Shown here piece by piece: positions 19,360 through 31,091 of a stretch of DNA of 64,000 nt (its first letter is position 1; each line of letters begins with the position of its first letter). The stretch is from an uncultured delta proteobacterium (GTDB taxonomy: Bacteria; Myxococcota; Myxococcia; SLRQ01): contig CAVSGM010000011.1 in the NCBI GenBank assembly GCA_963727485.1, positions 160,001-224,000 on the forward strand. The letters are read 5' to 3'. A program made the position numbers and the translations under genes. The notes beneath the pieces were generated by a model, which did no database searches, was not told where the DNA came from, and worked only from the letters and a program-made list of their open reading frames with translations.

Positions 19360-20676
19360 GGCTCTCCTGACGCGTATGTGGGCGTAGGAGAGGCAGCAGC
19401 GTGTAGGCGCGGGTGGGCGAGAACGCCGAGAAGAGCTCCTCCGCCCGCCAGAATAGCATAGAAGCACGCACGGGACAGTGCTTTGCTGTGGGTTGAGAGA
19501 AGTAAGAGCAGGCAGGAGGATAAGTGCGCATCACGACTGTACTGGATGGGGGCTCATAGGAAGCATCTAGCTTCGCGTCACTAAGGTGGTGTTCGAGGAG
19601 GACGCGGTGGTGGTAGCAGTCGCCCCGCTTGGCGCCGCCGCGCTGTGGCGTCTGCGGCAAGCGGGCCCCCGGCTACGACGAGGACGGACGCCGAAGATGG
19701 ACGCACCTGCGCTGGGACAGAAACAGCGTGGTCCTCGAGGCGGCGGTCCGACGGGTAAGCTGCGCGACCTGCGGCGTGAGTACCGAGCTGGTGCGCTGGG
19801 ACGAGCACGGCAGCACCTTCACAGGGGACTCCGAGGAGATGGTCGCCTACCTGGCGGTGACTATGACAGGACGGCGGTGACGAGGCGACGGGCATCGCCT
19901 GGCGCACGTGGGCGCTATCGTGGAGCGGGTCGTGGCGAGGCACAGGGATCGGCGATGAAGGAGGAGCTGCAAGAGGGATGCGGCATAGACGAGATCGGCT
20001 ACGGAAGCGGCACAACTACGTCACGATAGTCGTGGACCACGACAGCAGCCGCATCGAAGAGGACACCATTGACAAGTCGGAGCCTTCACCAAGGCGACCA
20101 AGGCGCGGCTTCCGAACGCCACGACAGTCTTGGACTGCTTCCACGTGCAGCGCCTGATGACGAAAACATCGTCGATGCGGTGAGGTGCGACGAGGTGGGG
20201 GAGCTCAAAGGCACCGAGCAAGCCAAGGCAATCAAGGGCAGCAGTTACGCGCTCTTGAAGAGCGCTTGGAACCTGAACAAGGTGGGAGCATCAACAACTG
20301 GCGGAGGTGCAACGGAACAACAAGCAGATCTACCGCGCACACCTGCTCAAGAAGACTCTGGCCCAGGGGCCGACTAAGGAGCAGTGGCGGGTAGAACGCG
20401 CACTTGCGGACTGGTTGCAGTGGGCGTGTCGGTAGAGGCTCGAGCAGGTGACAAAGGCAGCGCGAACGATAAGCAAGCACCTGCAAGGCATCCTCGCGTA
20501 CGTGAAGCTGCGGCTCAACAACGGGGTCGTGGAAGGTATCAACAACCGGATCCGCATGATCACACGCAGGGCCTTTGGCTTTCGAAGCCACGGCGGCTCA
20601 TCGCTATGATCTTCCTGTGCTGCGGCAGCATCACTCTCGACCACCGCTCACGGCACACATAGATGTAAGGAATCTA
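19360..20676 (+). mobile_element. Degenerate ISL3-family insertion sequence (transposase pseudogene)
   Basis: Fragments CGVCG...RRVSCATCG (zinc finger), GIDE, FHV, YALLK, NGVVEGINNRIRMITRRAFGFR. Left end GGCTCTCCTGACGCGTATGTGGG; degenerate inverted partner at 20654-20676. Confidence 0.85.
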
Positions 20677-20920
20677 ACTTCTGCAGGGCAGCGAGAGCAT
20701 CCGCTACGAGGGGAAACTGGTGGTACAGTTAGGTTAGTAAAGCATCTCGAACGGTTCACGGCTGATGGGTTCGATAAGCGCGGTAATCGGGAGCGTTCTG
20801 GGAAGGTTGAGGGCGTGAGCGCAGCAGAACGACGGCCTCGATGGAATCGAAGGTGGGCCATTCGCACTCCCCATGGGGGTGTCACTCGCCACACGAATCA
20901 CTCGATCCGCCTGGTTTGGT

Positions 20921-21376
20921 CTAGGCTCCGCGCAGCAGCCGGCTCAGCTCGCGGTCGAGGGCCGCCGCGAAGGTCTGCCGGTCCTTGGGACCGAAGGCCT
21001 TTGGCCCGCCGGTCACCACCCCGCCCTCGCGGAGCTCGTGCATGAAGTCGCGGATGGAGCGGCGCTCGTCCACGTTGTCCTCGGTGAAGGTCTCGCCGCG
21101 CGGCCCGAGGGTGACGACCCCCCTGTTCACGAGCGCCGAGGCGAGGGGGATGTCCTGGGTCACCGCCAGGTCGCCGGGCTCGGCGGCCTCGGCGATGTGG
21201 GCGTCGGCGACGTCGAGGCCGGCGCCGACGAGGACCGTCGAGAGGAGCTCGGAGCGGGGCAGGCTCAAGGGCCGGTTGGCCACGAACACCGCCGGGACGC
21301 GGAGCCGCGCGACGGCCCGGATGACGATGTCCCTCACGGGGCCGGGGCAGGCGTCGGCGTCGATCCAGATGCGCAT
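20921..21376 (-). CDS. yaiI: YaiI/YqxD (UPF0178) family protein
   Basis: MRIWIDADACP...VTQDIPLA...PRGE. Confidence 0.95.
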   Translation of the reverse strand: MRIWIDADACPGPVRDIVIRAVARLRVPAVFVANRPLSLPRSELLSTVLVGAGLDVADAHIAEAAEPGDLAVTQDIPLASALVNRGVVTLGPRGETFTEDNVDERRSIRDFMHELREGGVVTGGPKAFGPKDRQTFAAALDRELSRLLRGA

Positions 21377-21386
21377 GGGTCCTCAA

Positions 21387-21448
21387 GGTGTAGGAAGCAT
21401 GAGTGCGCTCATCGGACGTACTCGGGGGGCTCCCCAAGGCCTATATCC
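21387..21448 (+). repeat. ~61-bp direct repeat, copy 2
   Basis: Matches 17337-17397 with one indel and central substitutions. Confidence 0.85.
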
Positions 21449-21484
21449 CATGGGCGGAGGCGCCGGCGACCCTAGAATGCCCCC

Positions 21485-22375
21485 GTGGAAGGCGCCGAAC
21501 CGCTGGGTCAGATCACCCCCGCCGCCGGAGACGGCCGCCTCGCCTACGCGCTACTGGGCCTCGGCCCCGAGGTCGTCCTGGTTCATGGTCTCGGGGGAAG
21601 CCACCTCAACTGGATGTGCGTCGCTCCCTTGCTGGCCGAGCGCCGACGCGTCATCGTCCCCGACCTGCCAGGCTTCGGCCTGTCGCCCCGCCAGGGACGA
21701 GTGACGCTGGCACGGGCTCGCGAGGCGCTGCTTCGACTGATCGACGACGTCGCCACCGGACCGGTCACGCTGGTGGGGCACTCGTGGGGCGGCGCGGTGG
21801 CGCTCATGACGGCCGCGGCTCGTCCGGATGCGGTGAGCCGCCTCATGCTCGTCGACCCGACGCTCCCCTTCGCGTTTCACGGCAAGGTCTCCGGCGCAGC
21901 CCTGCGGGCGGCGGCGGTGATGCTCGTGCCCGTCCTGGGGCCGTGGCTGGTTCGGCGCCAGCTCGGCCGGGGAGACGGGAGGGGCCTGGTCGACACCCTG
22001 GTCCAGCTCACCGTGCACGATCCCACGCGCATCCCTGCGGACGTCATCGACGCCCACGTGACCTTCGAGCAGCGCCACTCGGATCGGACGTGGATGGCGC
22101 GCAGCCTGTGTGAAGCCACGCGTTCGCTCTTCGGGGTGATGAGCCTGCGCCGGCGCTGGTTTGCCCTCGAAGGGCGTGTCACCGCGCCGACACGGCTGCT
22201 CCACGGGGCCCACGACTCGGTGATCCCCCTCGCCACCGCGCAGGCGGCCGTCGCGCGGAACCCGTCATGGCAGCTCGACGTGCTCACGAACGTCGGGCAC
22301 GCAGGACCCCTCGAAGCCCCCGCCGCCGTGGCCGGGGCGATCCTGGACGAGGGAGAACCCCCAGCGCGTCTCTGA
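21485..22375 (+). CDS. Alpha/beta hydrolase
   Basis: VHGLGG, PDLPGFG, GHSWGG nucleophile elbow, HGAHD, GH. Confidence 0.92.
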   Translation: MEGAEPLGQITPAAGDGRLAYALLGLGPEVVLVHGLGGSHLNWMCVAPLLAERRRVIVPDLPGFGLSPRQGRVTLARAREALLRLIDDVATGPVTLVGHSWGGAVALMTAAARPDAVSRLMLVDPTLPFAFHGKVSGAALRAAAVMLVPVLGPWLVRRQLGRGDGRGLVDTLVQLTVHDPTRIPADVIDAHVTFEQRHSDRTWMARSLCEATRSLFGVMSLRRRWFALEGRVTAPTRLLHGAHDSVIPLATAQAAVARNPSWQLDVLTNVGHAGPLEAPAAVAGAILDEGEPPARL

Positions 22376-22442
22376 CGCGCGCTCTAGCGGCGGCAGGGCC
22401 TGCAGGGCGATGGCCATCGCCCACGCTCCGGGTCGCTGCGTG

Positions 22443-23300
22443 TCAGGAGCGCAGCTTGTACCCGCGCGAGATCGCCAGCAGCGCCAGCGCCGAGAGGAAG
22501 ACGAGCATCCCCACCACCGCACCGAGCGACACCCAGGGCCCGACGTCGGAGATCCCCAGCAGCCCCCACCGCAGCCCGTTGACCATGTAGAGGATCGGGT
22601 TCACCCGGCTGATGGTGTCCCAGGGCGCGGGGAGCATGGAGATGGAGTAGAAGACGCCGCCGAGGAAGGTCAGCGGCGTGAGGACGAAGTTCGGCACCAC
22701 CGAGAGGTGGTCGAACTTCTCCGCCCACATGGCCACGAGCAGGCCCAGGACCGCGAACGCCGCAGCCACCGCCACCGCGAACCCCACAGTGTAGGCGAGG
22801 TGGTCGACGCGCAGGCCGGTGAAGAACACCGCGACCACGTAGACCAGCACCCCCACCACCAGCGCCCGGAGCACCGCGGCCGCCACGTAGGCGAAGAGGA
22901 TCTCCACCGAGCCCAGCGGCGCCACCAGGATGTCGATGATGGTGCCGTTGATCTTCGACTGGAACAGGGACGACGAGGTGTTGAGGAACGCGGCGTTGAT
23001 CATCGCCAGCATCACCAGGCCGGGGATGACGAACTCGATGTAGGGCACGCCCGCGACGGTCTTGAGCCGGCTGCCGAGGGCGACGCCGAAGACCAGGAAG
23101 TAGAGGCTGGTGGTCACCAGCGGCGAGAGCACCGTCTGGAGCCACACCTTCATGAACCGGCGCACCTCCTTGACGAAGAGGGTGCGCAGGCCCACGGGGT
23201 TCAAGGCCGGGGCGCCGGCGTCGGCGTTGACCACCTCGGCGGTGGGAGGCGGCCGGGGGTCGTCGGGGCCGCCGCCCGCCTGGTGCTCGGGCCCGGTCAC
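22443..23300 (-). CDS. ABC-2 transporter permease (YadH-like)
   Basis: KEVRRF...QTVLSP, FVIPGL, PLTFLGGVFYSI, NPILYMVNG. Confidence 0.92.
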   Translation of the reverse strand: MTGPEHQAGGGPDDPRPPPTAEVVNADAGAPALNPVGLRTLFVKEVRRFMKVWLQTVLSPLVTTSLYFLVFGVALGSRLKTVAGVPYIEFVIPGLVMLAMINAAFLNTSSSLFQSKINGTIIDILVAPLGSVEILFAYVAAAVLRALVVGVLVYVVAVFFTGLRVDHLAYTVGFAVAVAAAFAVLGLLVAMWAEKFDHLSVVPNFVLTPLTFLGGVFYSISMLPAPWDTISRVNPILYMVNGLRWGLLGISDVGPWVSLGAVVGMLVFLSALALLAISRGYKLRS

Positions 23301-24227
23301 TCGCCGGCCTCGGCGTGGGCGATGAGGTCCACGAAGATGTCCTCGAGGGTGGTCTGGGTCACCTGCACGTCGGCGACCTCGCCGGCGGCAAGCATGGTGT
23401 GGAGCGCCTGGTCGAGCTGCGCCGGCGTCGACCACGGCGAGAGGACCTCCCGCGGCGTCACCAGCTCGGCGCCGTCCGGGAGGCCGTCGGGGAGCCGGTC
23501 GAGGGGCTGGCCGAGGGTGAAGACCACGTGGCCCTGGCGGTAGCGCGCCATGAGCCGGTCGCGCTCGTCGACCAGGAGCAGCCGCCCCCGGTGGATGACG
23601 CCGATGCGGTCGGCGAGCTCCTCGGCCTCCTCGAGGTAGTGGGTGGTGAGGATGATGGTGGTGCCCTGGTCGCGGAGGCGCCGGACCTCGGTCCACAGGT
23701 CCTTGCGCAGCTCCACGTCGACGCCGGCGGTGGGCTCGTCGAGGAAGAGGAGCTTCGGCCGGTGGACCAGGGCCTTGGCCACCAGGAGGCGCCGCTTCAT
23801 CCCCCCGGAGAGGTGGCGGGTGTAGGCGTCGCGGTGGTCGAGGAGGGCGAAGGTCTCGAGGAGCCGGTCGGCCCAGGCGGGGTCCGGGGGCACGCCCATG
23901 AGCCCCATCTGGATGAGGAGGCTCTCGGCGGGGGTGAAGAAGGGATCGAAGTTGATCTCCTGGGGCACCAGGCCCAGCAGCCGGCGGGTGACCCGGAAGT
24001 CCGTATGGTTGTCCCAGCCGAAGACCCGGATGTGGCCGCAGGTGCGCCGGGCCAGGCCGGCGATGCAGTGGATGAGGGTGGTCTTGCCGGCGCCGTTGGG
24101 GCCCGAGCAGCGCGAAGATCTCCCCGGGGCGGACGGTGAGGTCCACGTGGTCGACGGCGGTGAACCCGCCGAAGCGCTTGGTGACCCCCTCGAGGACCAG
24201 GGGGGTGGGATCGCGGAGCTCGGCCAT
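23297..24227 (-). CDS. ABC transporter ATP-binding protein (YadG-like; frameshift ~24100)
   Basis: GPNGAGKT across the frameshift, LSGGMKRR, LDEPT, TTHY. Confidence 0.92.
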
Positions 24228-24263
24228 GGGGCGCCCAGGGATAGGCGGCGCCCGGGGGCCGCG

Positions 24264-25665
24264 TCAACCGCGGGAAGCCTCGGGGGCCGGTGCCCGGCGG
24301 GCGTCGAGGGCGGCGCCGACGGTGAAGCCCGCCAGGGCCGCGGCGCTCCCCCAGAGGTTCACCCCGAGGAGGGCGGCGTTGGGCCCCCCGCCCACCGAGA
24401 GGGCCGCGGGGACGGCGCCGAGGGCGAAGGCGAGGCCGAAGGCGACCCCGGGCCAGAAGGCCAGGTGGAAGGCCAGGGGCCCGGGCCGGCCGGCGCGCCA
24501 GAGCAGGAAGATCGGCGCCAGGCCGAGCACCATGGTGCCGCTGACGGTGGTGGCCTTGAGGATCGCCGCCCCGGCGAAGAGCGGCAGCGAGCCCACGACC
24601 ACCGCCACCGCCATGGCCCACCGCCCGAGGCGTACCCGGTCCATGCGCGCCAGGCGCCCGAGCCACCCGGCGTCGGCGAGGTCCACCGCGGCGGCCCGGC
24701 TCACCGAGGAGAGGGTGGAGTCGAGGGTGGAGCCCGCGGAGACCATCATCATCACCGTGGTGACCACCACCGCGGCGAGGCCCAGGCCCCGGGCGACGGC
24801 GAGCGGCGCGTCCTGGTGCACCGTCAGCCCCGAGAGCCGCGCCGAGACGCCGACCAGCCCGAAGAGCGCGATGAAGGCCCCGGCGACCCCCCCGGCGACG
24901 ACGTAGCCCAGGAGCATCTTCTTCGCCCCGGTGATGAAGGCGCGGTCGGTGAGCACCGGGTCGTGGAAGGGGTAGCTGAAGCTCTGGATCAGGCCCACCA
25001 GGACCAGGTCCACGCCGCCGTGGAGGGTCCAGTGGCCGCTCTCGACCAGGGCGGTGGCCCCGTGGCGCGGCACGATCCACGCCAGGACCAGGACCAGGAG
25101 GCCCAGCGCCACCGCGAGCTGCACCGCGTCGGTGAGGATCGACGGAGCGCAGGCCCCCGCGCAGGGAGTAGGCGAGGGTGACCGCGGTGAAGGCGAGCGC
25201 CGCGGCGTCGTAGGTGCCCGTGCCCGGGGCGCCGAAGTAGGCGCCGACCACCGCGGTGTTGGACCACACCTCGTTGAGCAGGCGCAGGGTCACCACCAGC
25301 AGGAACACCGCGGCGGCGCTGCGGCCGTAGCGGGAGGTGAGGAAGGCGGCGACGCTCGAGGCGCCGGTGCGCCTCCGGATGCCGTAGAGCACCACCCCGG
25401 CGACGGGGATCGAGAGGTACCAGGCGGCGTAGGCGGCGGCGCCGACGAAGCCGTAGGCGTCGCCGAGGTTGGCGGCGTTGGTGATGGACTTGGAGAAGAT
25501 CGAGGAGATGACCACCGAGCCGGCGAGCAGCCCCAGGCCCACCTCCCGGCCGCTCTTCGCCCGGCCCTGGAAGAACTCGGCGAGGGAGCGCGCCGTGGGC
25601 GACATGGCGAACATCGCCACGCCGTAGGCCGCCAGCACGCCCCAGAGGACGGTGGGGAGGCTCAC
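24264..25665 (-). CDS. Sodium:solute symporter family protein (frameshift ~25140)
   Basis: SITNAANLG, YSLRGGLRS...TD, SYPFHDPVLTDRAF, AGSTLDST. Confidence 0.88.
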
Positions 25666-26537
25666 GCCGCGTCGGCTCCGTCGGCGCCGGCTCCGTCGCC
25701 GGCGGTCGCGTCGGCGGCGGCGGCCGCGTGCCTCGCCTCGGCGGCGCGGCGCTCGGCCTCGGGGAGGCTCTTGACCCCGGTGGTCCACCACCCGGTGCGG
25801 ATCGGCGCCACGAACACCGCCTCGAAGCCCTCGGCCTCGAGGCGCGCCGCCCAGGCGAGGTGGTCGTACTCGACCCGGCGGATCTCGACCGAGGGGGCGG
25901 CGCCGGCGGCCAGGCGCAGGAGGGCGTAGTGCACCGCCGGGTCCCCGTCGTGATCGGGCTTGCCCACCACCCCGCAGTTCGCCGCGAACCGGCCCCCGGA
26001 GAGGTGCCGCACCCAGGGGAGCCCCGAGTGGGTGCACACGAAGCCCACCACCCCGAACTGGTCGAGCCAGGCCTCGAGGCGCCCCGCGTCGAGCTCGGAG
26101 GCGTAGAGGAACTCGTTGGTGCGCCCGGGGCTCCCGTGGCACAGGAGCACCGGGCCGGCGGCGGTCTCCACCACCGCGCGCTCGGGCCAGGCGCCGATCC
26201 AGGCGCGGCGGGCGGCGCTGAGGCCTTCGAGGGCGTGGCCGAAGCCCTGGCAGCTCACCCGCTCGTCCTCCGGGTCGTCGTAGCCGCAGCCACAGACGGT
26301 GGAGCCGGCGGCGGCCTCCTGCTCGGAGTTGCCGGCGACCAGGACGTCGAAGGCGGCCTCGACCTTGGCGAGCACCGCCTCGGAGTGGCCGTAGCAGCCC
26401 ACGGCGTCGCCGAGGCAGGCGAGCACCTCGGCGCCGGCGGCCCGGGCGTCGGCGAGGCAGGCGTCGAGGGCCGGCAGGTTGCCGTAGGGGCCGCCGAGGG
26501 CGGCGAGGGTGTGGCAGGGGGCGGGGTCTCGGCGCAT
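25662..26537 (-). CDS. Metallophosphoesterase-family protein
   Basis: GGPYGN, CLGD, GNSE, CGCGY, HGSP, CTHSGLP. Confidence 0.85.
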   Translation of the reverse strand: MRRDPAPCHTLAALGGPYGNLPALDACLADARAAGAEVLACLGDAVGCYGHSEAVLAKVEAAFDVLVAGNSEQEAAAGSTVCGCGYDDPEDERVSCQGFGHALEGLSAARRAWIGAWPERAVVETAAGPVLLCHGSPGRTNEFLYASELDAGRLEAWLDQFGVVGFVCTHSGLPWVRHLSGGRFAANCGVVGKPDHDGDPAVHYALLRLAAGAAPSVEIRRVEYDHLAWAARLEAEGFEAVFVAPIRTGWWTTGVKSLPEAERRAAEARHAAAAADATAGDGAGADGADAA

Positions 26538-26757
26538 GGTCTCCTCTTGGGGGTCCCGTGGGGGGGCCCCGGGAGGCTTCGCCGCCTCCGGGGATCCGGT
26601 CACGCCCTTGAATACCCCGGAAGAGGCCGGCGTCGTTCGCGGTACTTCCCCCGGCCCGTGTAAGCCGGTCCGGCGTTGCGACGCGGCGCGTCCTGCGGTG
26701 TAACCGAAGGCGGCGCGACGGCGCAGGGCTCGGGTGAACCCCCGGCCCGGAGCATCC

Positions 26758-27780
<1,023 letters not shown>

Positions 27781-27809
27781 CCCCCCGAACCTGACCCCAG
27801 GAGCCCCCC

Positions 27810-28406
27810 ATGCGCCGCCTGACCGCCCTCGTCGCCGTCCTCGCCGCCGCCGGCCTCGCCGCCCCGGCCTTCGCCGGGACCACCCACTGGACCTTCGACC
27901 CGGTGCACACCGAGGTGAACTTCGAGGTCCCCTACATGATGTTCTCCAGCGTCGACGGGAAGTTCCTCAAGTTCAAGGGGACGGTCACCCTCGACGACGG
28001 CGACGTCACCAAGTCGAAGGTGGACGTGACCATCGACCCCGCGTCGATCACCACCGGCAACAAGATGCGCGACCGGCACCTGCGCGGGGACGAGTTCTTC
28101 GACGCCAAGAAGTTCCCCAAGATCACCTTCGTGTCCTCGAAGGTCACCAAGGGCGCCGACGGGAAGCTCGAGGTCCAGGGGACCCTGACCATGCACGGGG
28201 TCTCCAAGGTCCTCACCCTCGAGGTCAAGGGCCCGAGCCCGGCGCTCACCGATCCCTCGGGCCGGACCATCCGCGCCGCCAAGGGGACGGTCACCCTGAA
28301 CCGCCACGACTTCAAGATCGACTGGAACAAGACCCTCGACAAGGGTGGGACCGTGGTGGGCAACAAGGTCGCGGTCACCATCAAGGCGGTGCTGGTCAAG
28401 CAGTAG
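27810..28406 (+). CDS. YceI family protein
   Basis: Signal peptide; WTFDPVHT, SITTGNKMRDRHLR, GTLTMHGV. Confidence 0.95.
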   Translation: MRRLTALVAVLAAAGLAAPAFAGTTHWTFDPVHTEVNFEVPYMMFSSVDGKFLKFKGTVTLDDGDVTKSKVDVTIDPASITTGNKMRDRHLRGDEFFDAKKFPKITFVSSKVTKGADGKLEVQGTLTMHGVSKVLTLEVKGPSPALTDPSGRTIRAAKGTVTLNRHDFKIDWNKTLDKGGTVVGNKVAVTIKAVLVKQ

Positions 28407-28476
28407 CGGCGGCGCGGTGTGCGCGTCCGCCGCCCGCGGGCTATGCTGGAGATCCACGCGGGAGAGGGGACGCGGC

Positions 28477-28914
28477 GTGATCGATCTGGCGACCGGCGAG
28501 CTCAAGCTCATCACCGGCGGGCGCATCGGCCCGCTGACCCGTCGCGAGGCCTTCCGCGAGAGCATCGCCGGGGCCGGCGCCGAGGAGATCCTCCGCGAGG
28601 GCGAGTGGCACGCCTACCGGCTGCTGGCCGCCGAGCGCCCGGGGCGCCTGTTCGCGGTGCTCCTCCACTTCAAGGGCAGCCGGCTCCTCGACGTGAAGCT
28701 GGCGCTGGCCTCCGACCGCTTCGGGGGCAAGCGCGACGACTGGTCGCTCGCCGGGGAGCACGCCCGCAAGCGCGCCCACGACCAGGTGCTGGCGTCGATC
28801 TTCGGCGCCCTGCCCCCCTACGACCTGGGGTGGGGGACCATCGAGTCGGTCATCGGCGCCGACGGGGGGACCAGCGTCATCTGGATCCACTACCGCGAGC
28901 CGGCGCTGGCCTAG
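28477..28914 (+). CDS. Hypothetical protein (start uncertain)
   Basis: Normal codon pattern; WS..GE..RKRAHD...PPYDLGWGTIES. Confidence 0.6.
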   Translation: MIDLATGELKLITGGRIGPLTRREAFRESIAGAGAEEILREGEWHAYRLLAAERPGRLFAVLLHFKGSRLLDVKLALASDRFGGKRDDWSLAGEHARKRAHDQVLASIFGALPPYDLGWGTIESVIGADGGTSVIWIHYREPALA

Positions 28915-28936
28915 GGCGCGGGGCGTTCGCCGGGGC

Positions 28937-29842
28937 TCAGGGCGCCGGCCAGTCCACCGTCGCCGCCACCGGGAAGTGGTCCGAGGGGTAGCGTGGGGGG
29001 CTGCCGTAGCTGTGGATCCCCACCACCCAGTCGCGGACCTTCCAGGCGCCGCCGGCGACCCAGATGTGGTCGATGCGCTGGGTGGGATCCCAGGTGGGGC
29101 TCTGCTCGTTGGTGTCGATGCGGGGCTTCGCCGCCAGGTCGTAGGTGTTCTGGAACGCCGCGGCGAGGGTCTTGTAGGCGTCGGTGTCGGGCGTGGAGTT
29201 GAAGTCGCCGACGACGATGACGGGCATCTTCTTGGCCCAGGGCGCGGTGCGCGAGACCACGAGGGGCGCGCTCTTCGACTGGCTGGGCGCGGTGTTGTCG
29301 AAGTGGGTGGCGACGAAGTAGAGGTCCTTCCCGCTGGCCTCGTCCTTCAGGTGCGCCCAGGTCACCAGGCGCCAGAGGCTGTTGCCGAAGCCGGTGGACC
29401 AGGGGGTGTCGGGGGTCGGCGAGAGCCAGTAGTTGCCGTGCTCGACCTCGGTGAACCGGCTGGTCCGGTAGAAGATCGTCGCGTCCGGGTACTCGGGGAA
29501 GGTGGCGTTCGGGGTGCCCGGGTCGATGAAGTAGATGGGCGTGAACTGGGGCTCGGCGTGGAGGAACTCGGTGACCTCGCTCTTGTAGGTGAGCTCCTCG
29601 ATGCCCATGAGGTCCGGGTCGTGGCGGTCGATGGCGTCGAAGATGTAGGGGAGGCGGGTCTCCCAGGGGTCCGCGCCCGGGGCGGTGCAGAACGAGCACA
29701 TGACGTTGTAGGTCATCACCGTCAGGGGCTTGGGCGGGGGCGCCTGGGTCGTGGGCGCGGGCCCGCAGGCGCCGACGACGAGGGCGGCGAGGGCGAGGGC
29801 GGCCGGGGCGGCGGACGGCGAGAGGCGGGGGAGGCGCAGCAT
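28937..29842 (-). CDS. Endonuclease/exonuclease/phosphatase family lipoprotein
   Basis: MTYNV, THFD, GDFNS, IDHI, PSDH; lipobox VGAC. Confidence 0.92.
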   Translation of the reverse strand: MLRLPRLSPSAAPAALALAALVVGACGPAPTTQAPPPKPLTVMTYNVMCSFCTAPGADPWETRLPYIFDAIDRHDPDLMGIEELTYKSEVTEFLHAEPQFTPIYFIDPGTPNATFPEYPDATIFYRTSRFTEVEHGNYWLSPTPDTPWSTGFGNSLWRLVTWAHLKDEASGKDLYFVATHFDNTAPSQSKSAPLVVSRTAPWAKKMPVIVVGDFNSTPDTDAYKTLAAAFQNTYDLAAKPRIDTNEQSPTWDPTQRIDHIWVAGGAWKVRDWVVGIHSYGSPPRYPSDHFPVAATVDWPAP

Positions 29843-29909
29843 CGGACACCGGTACCGGGTGGGGCCGGCGAGGTCAACGGGGTCCCGGCACCCCGGAGCT
29901 GATCCGGGG

Positions 29910-30965
29910 CTACTGCGCCGTCGTCGCCACCTCGCCGCTCACCGCCAGGCGCTGCCGCCGCTTCTCCAGCATCGGGGGGATGGTGAGGAAGGTGATGGCG
30001 GCGAGGATCAGCCCGGCGCCCACCAGCTGGTGGACGCTGGGGAAGCGCTGGCCGAAGACCACCGCCAACAGCGACGAGGAGATGACCCCGGCGAGGATGC
30101 TCGAGGACCGGTTCACCGGCACGCAGAAGGTGTTCTCCCGGGGGTCGAGGTACACCAGGCTGCCGAAGATCCCCGTGCCCTGGGAGAAGACGCCGACGAG
30201 GATGGCCATGCCCAGCGCCGGCCCGCCCCAGAGGTCCACGAAGCCGCTGCGGATCTCCCCGAGGATCCCCGGACCGGCGCCCGCCGAGAGGGCGAGGATC
30301 CCGAGGAAGGCGAAGAGGACCGGCGAGGCCACCATCTGCTCCTCGACGAAGTAGCGCCGGTTCACCGCCGGGTCGTCGGTCTTGGCGATCCGGCTCATGA
30401 ACTGGAAGCGGATGAAGTAGGCGAGCAGGTAGAGGACGATGTCGACGGTGGCGATGAGGGTCAGGGTGTAGCCGCCGTGCTCGGTGAAGGCGGCGATGAG
30501 GGCCCCCAGGGAGAACACCAGGCCCATGGCCGAGAACCACCGCACCTTCCGGCCGCTCACCGCGTCTACCACCGGCGCGATGATCAGCACCCCGCCCTTC
30601 ATCAGGAGCATGGCGAAGACGATGCTGATGCCCGAGAAGGTGTAGGCCAGGGTGGTGGTGGCGATGATCCCCGCGGTGCACAGGCCGCTGAGGAAGGTCC
30701 AGAGGGTCGGCGTCGGGAGCCGCAGCCGGCCGACGGTGCGGTGGGTGGCGTAGCGCCACCAGCGCATGCCGGTGAGGAAGAGCAGCGTCGACACCGCCGA
30801 GGCGCCGACCGAGAGCGGCAGCAGGGAGAAGCCGGCGAGCGCCTGGCCGTGCATCCCCGGGAGCAGGCCCTTGGACAGCGCCTTGGTGAGGAAGCTGTAG
30901 GGGACGTAGGCGGCGAAGTAGCCGAAGGCGAACCACCAGATGCTGACGACGCGGGGCTTGCGCAT
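29910..30965 (-). CDS. Polytopic membrane protein (DMT-like)
   Basis: About 10 hydrophobic segments. Confidence 0.7.
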   Translation of the reverse strand: MRKPRVVSIWWFAFGYFAAYVPYSFLTKALSKGLLPGMHGQALAGFSLLPLSVGASAVSTLLFLTGMRWWRYATHRTVGRLRLPTPTLWTFLSGLCTAGIIATTTLAYTFSGISIVFAMLLMKGGVLIIAPVVDAVSGRKVRWFSAMGLVFSLGALIAAFTEHGGYTLTLIATVDIVLYLLAYFIRFQFMSRIAKTDDPAVNRRYFVEEQMVASPVLFAFLGILALSAGAGPGILGEIRSGFVDLWGGPALGMAILVGVFSQGTGIFGSLVYLDPRENTFCVPVNRSSSILAGVISSSLLAVVFGQRFPSVHQLVGAGLILAAITFLTIPPMLEKRRQRLAVSGEVATTAQ

Positions 30966-31091
30966 GGGGGATACCGGGGTGGGGCCCAAAGCCTAGCCAC
31001 CGGCGCCCCGGGCGCCCGTCCGTCCGACGCCTTCGGTGCCAGGACGCCCGCCGCCGGGCCCCAGAGGGCGCCGGCGGCGGACGGATCCCGG

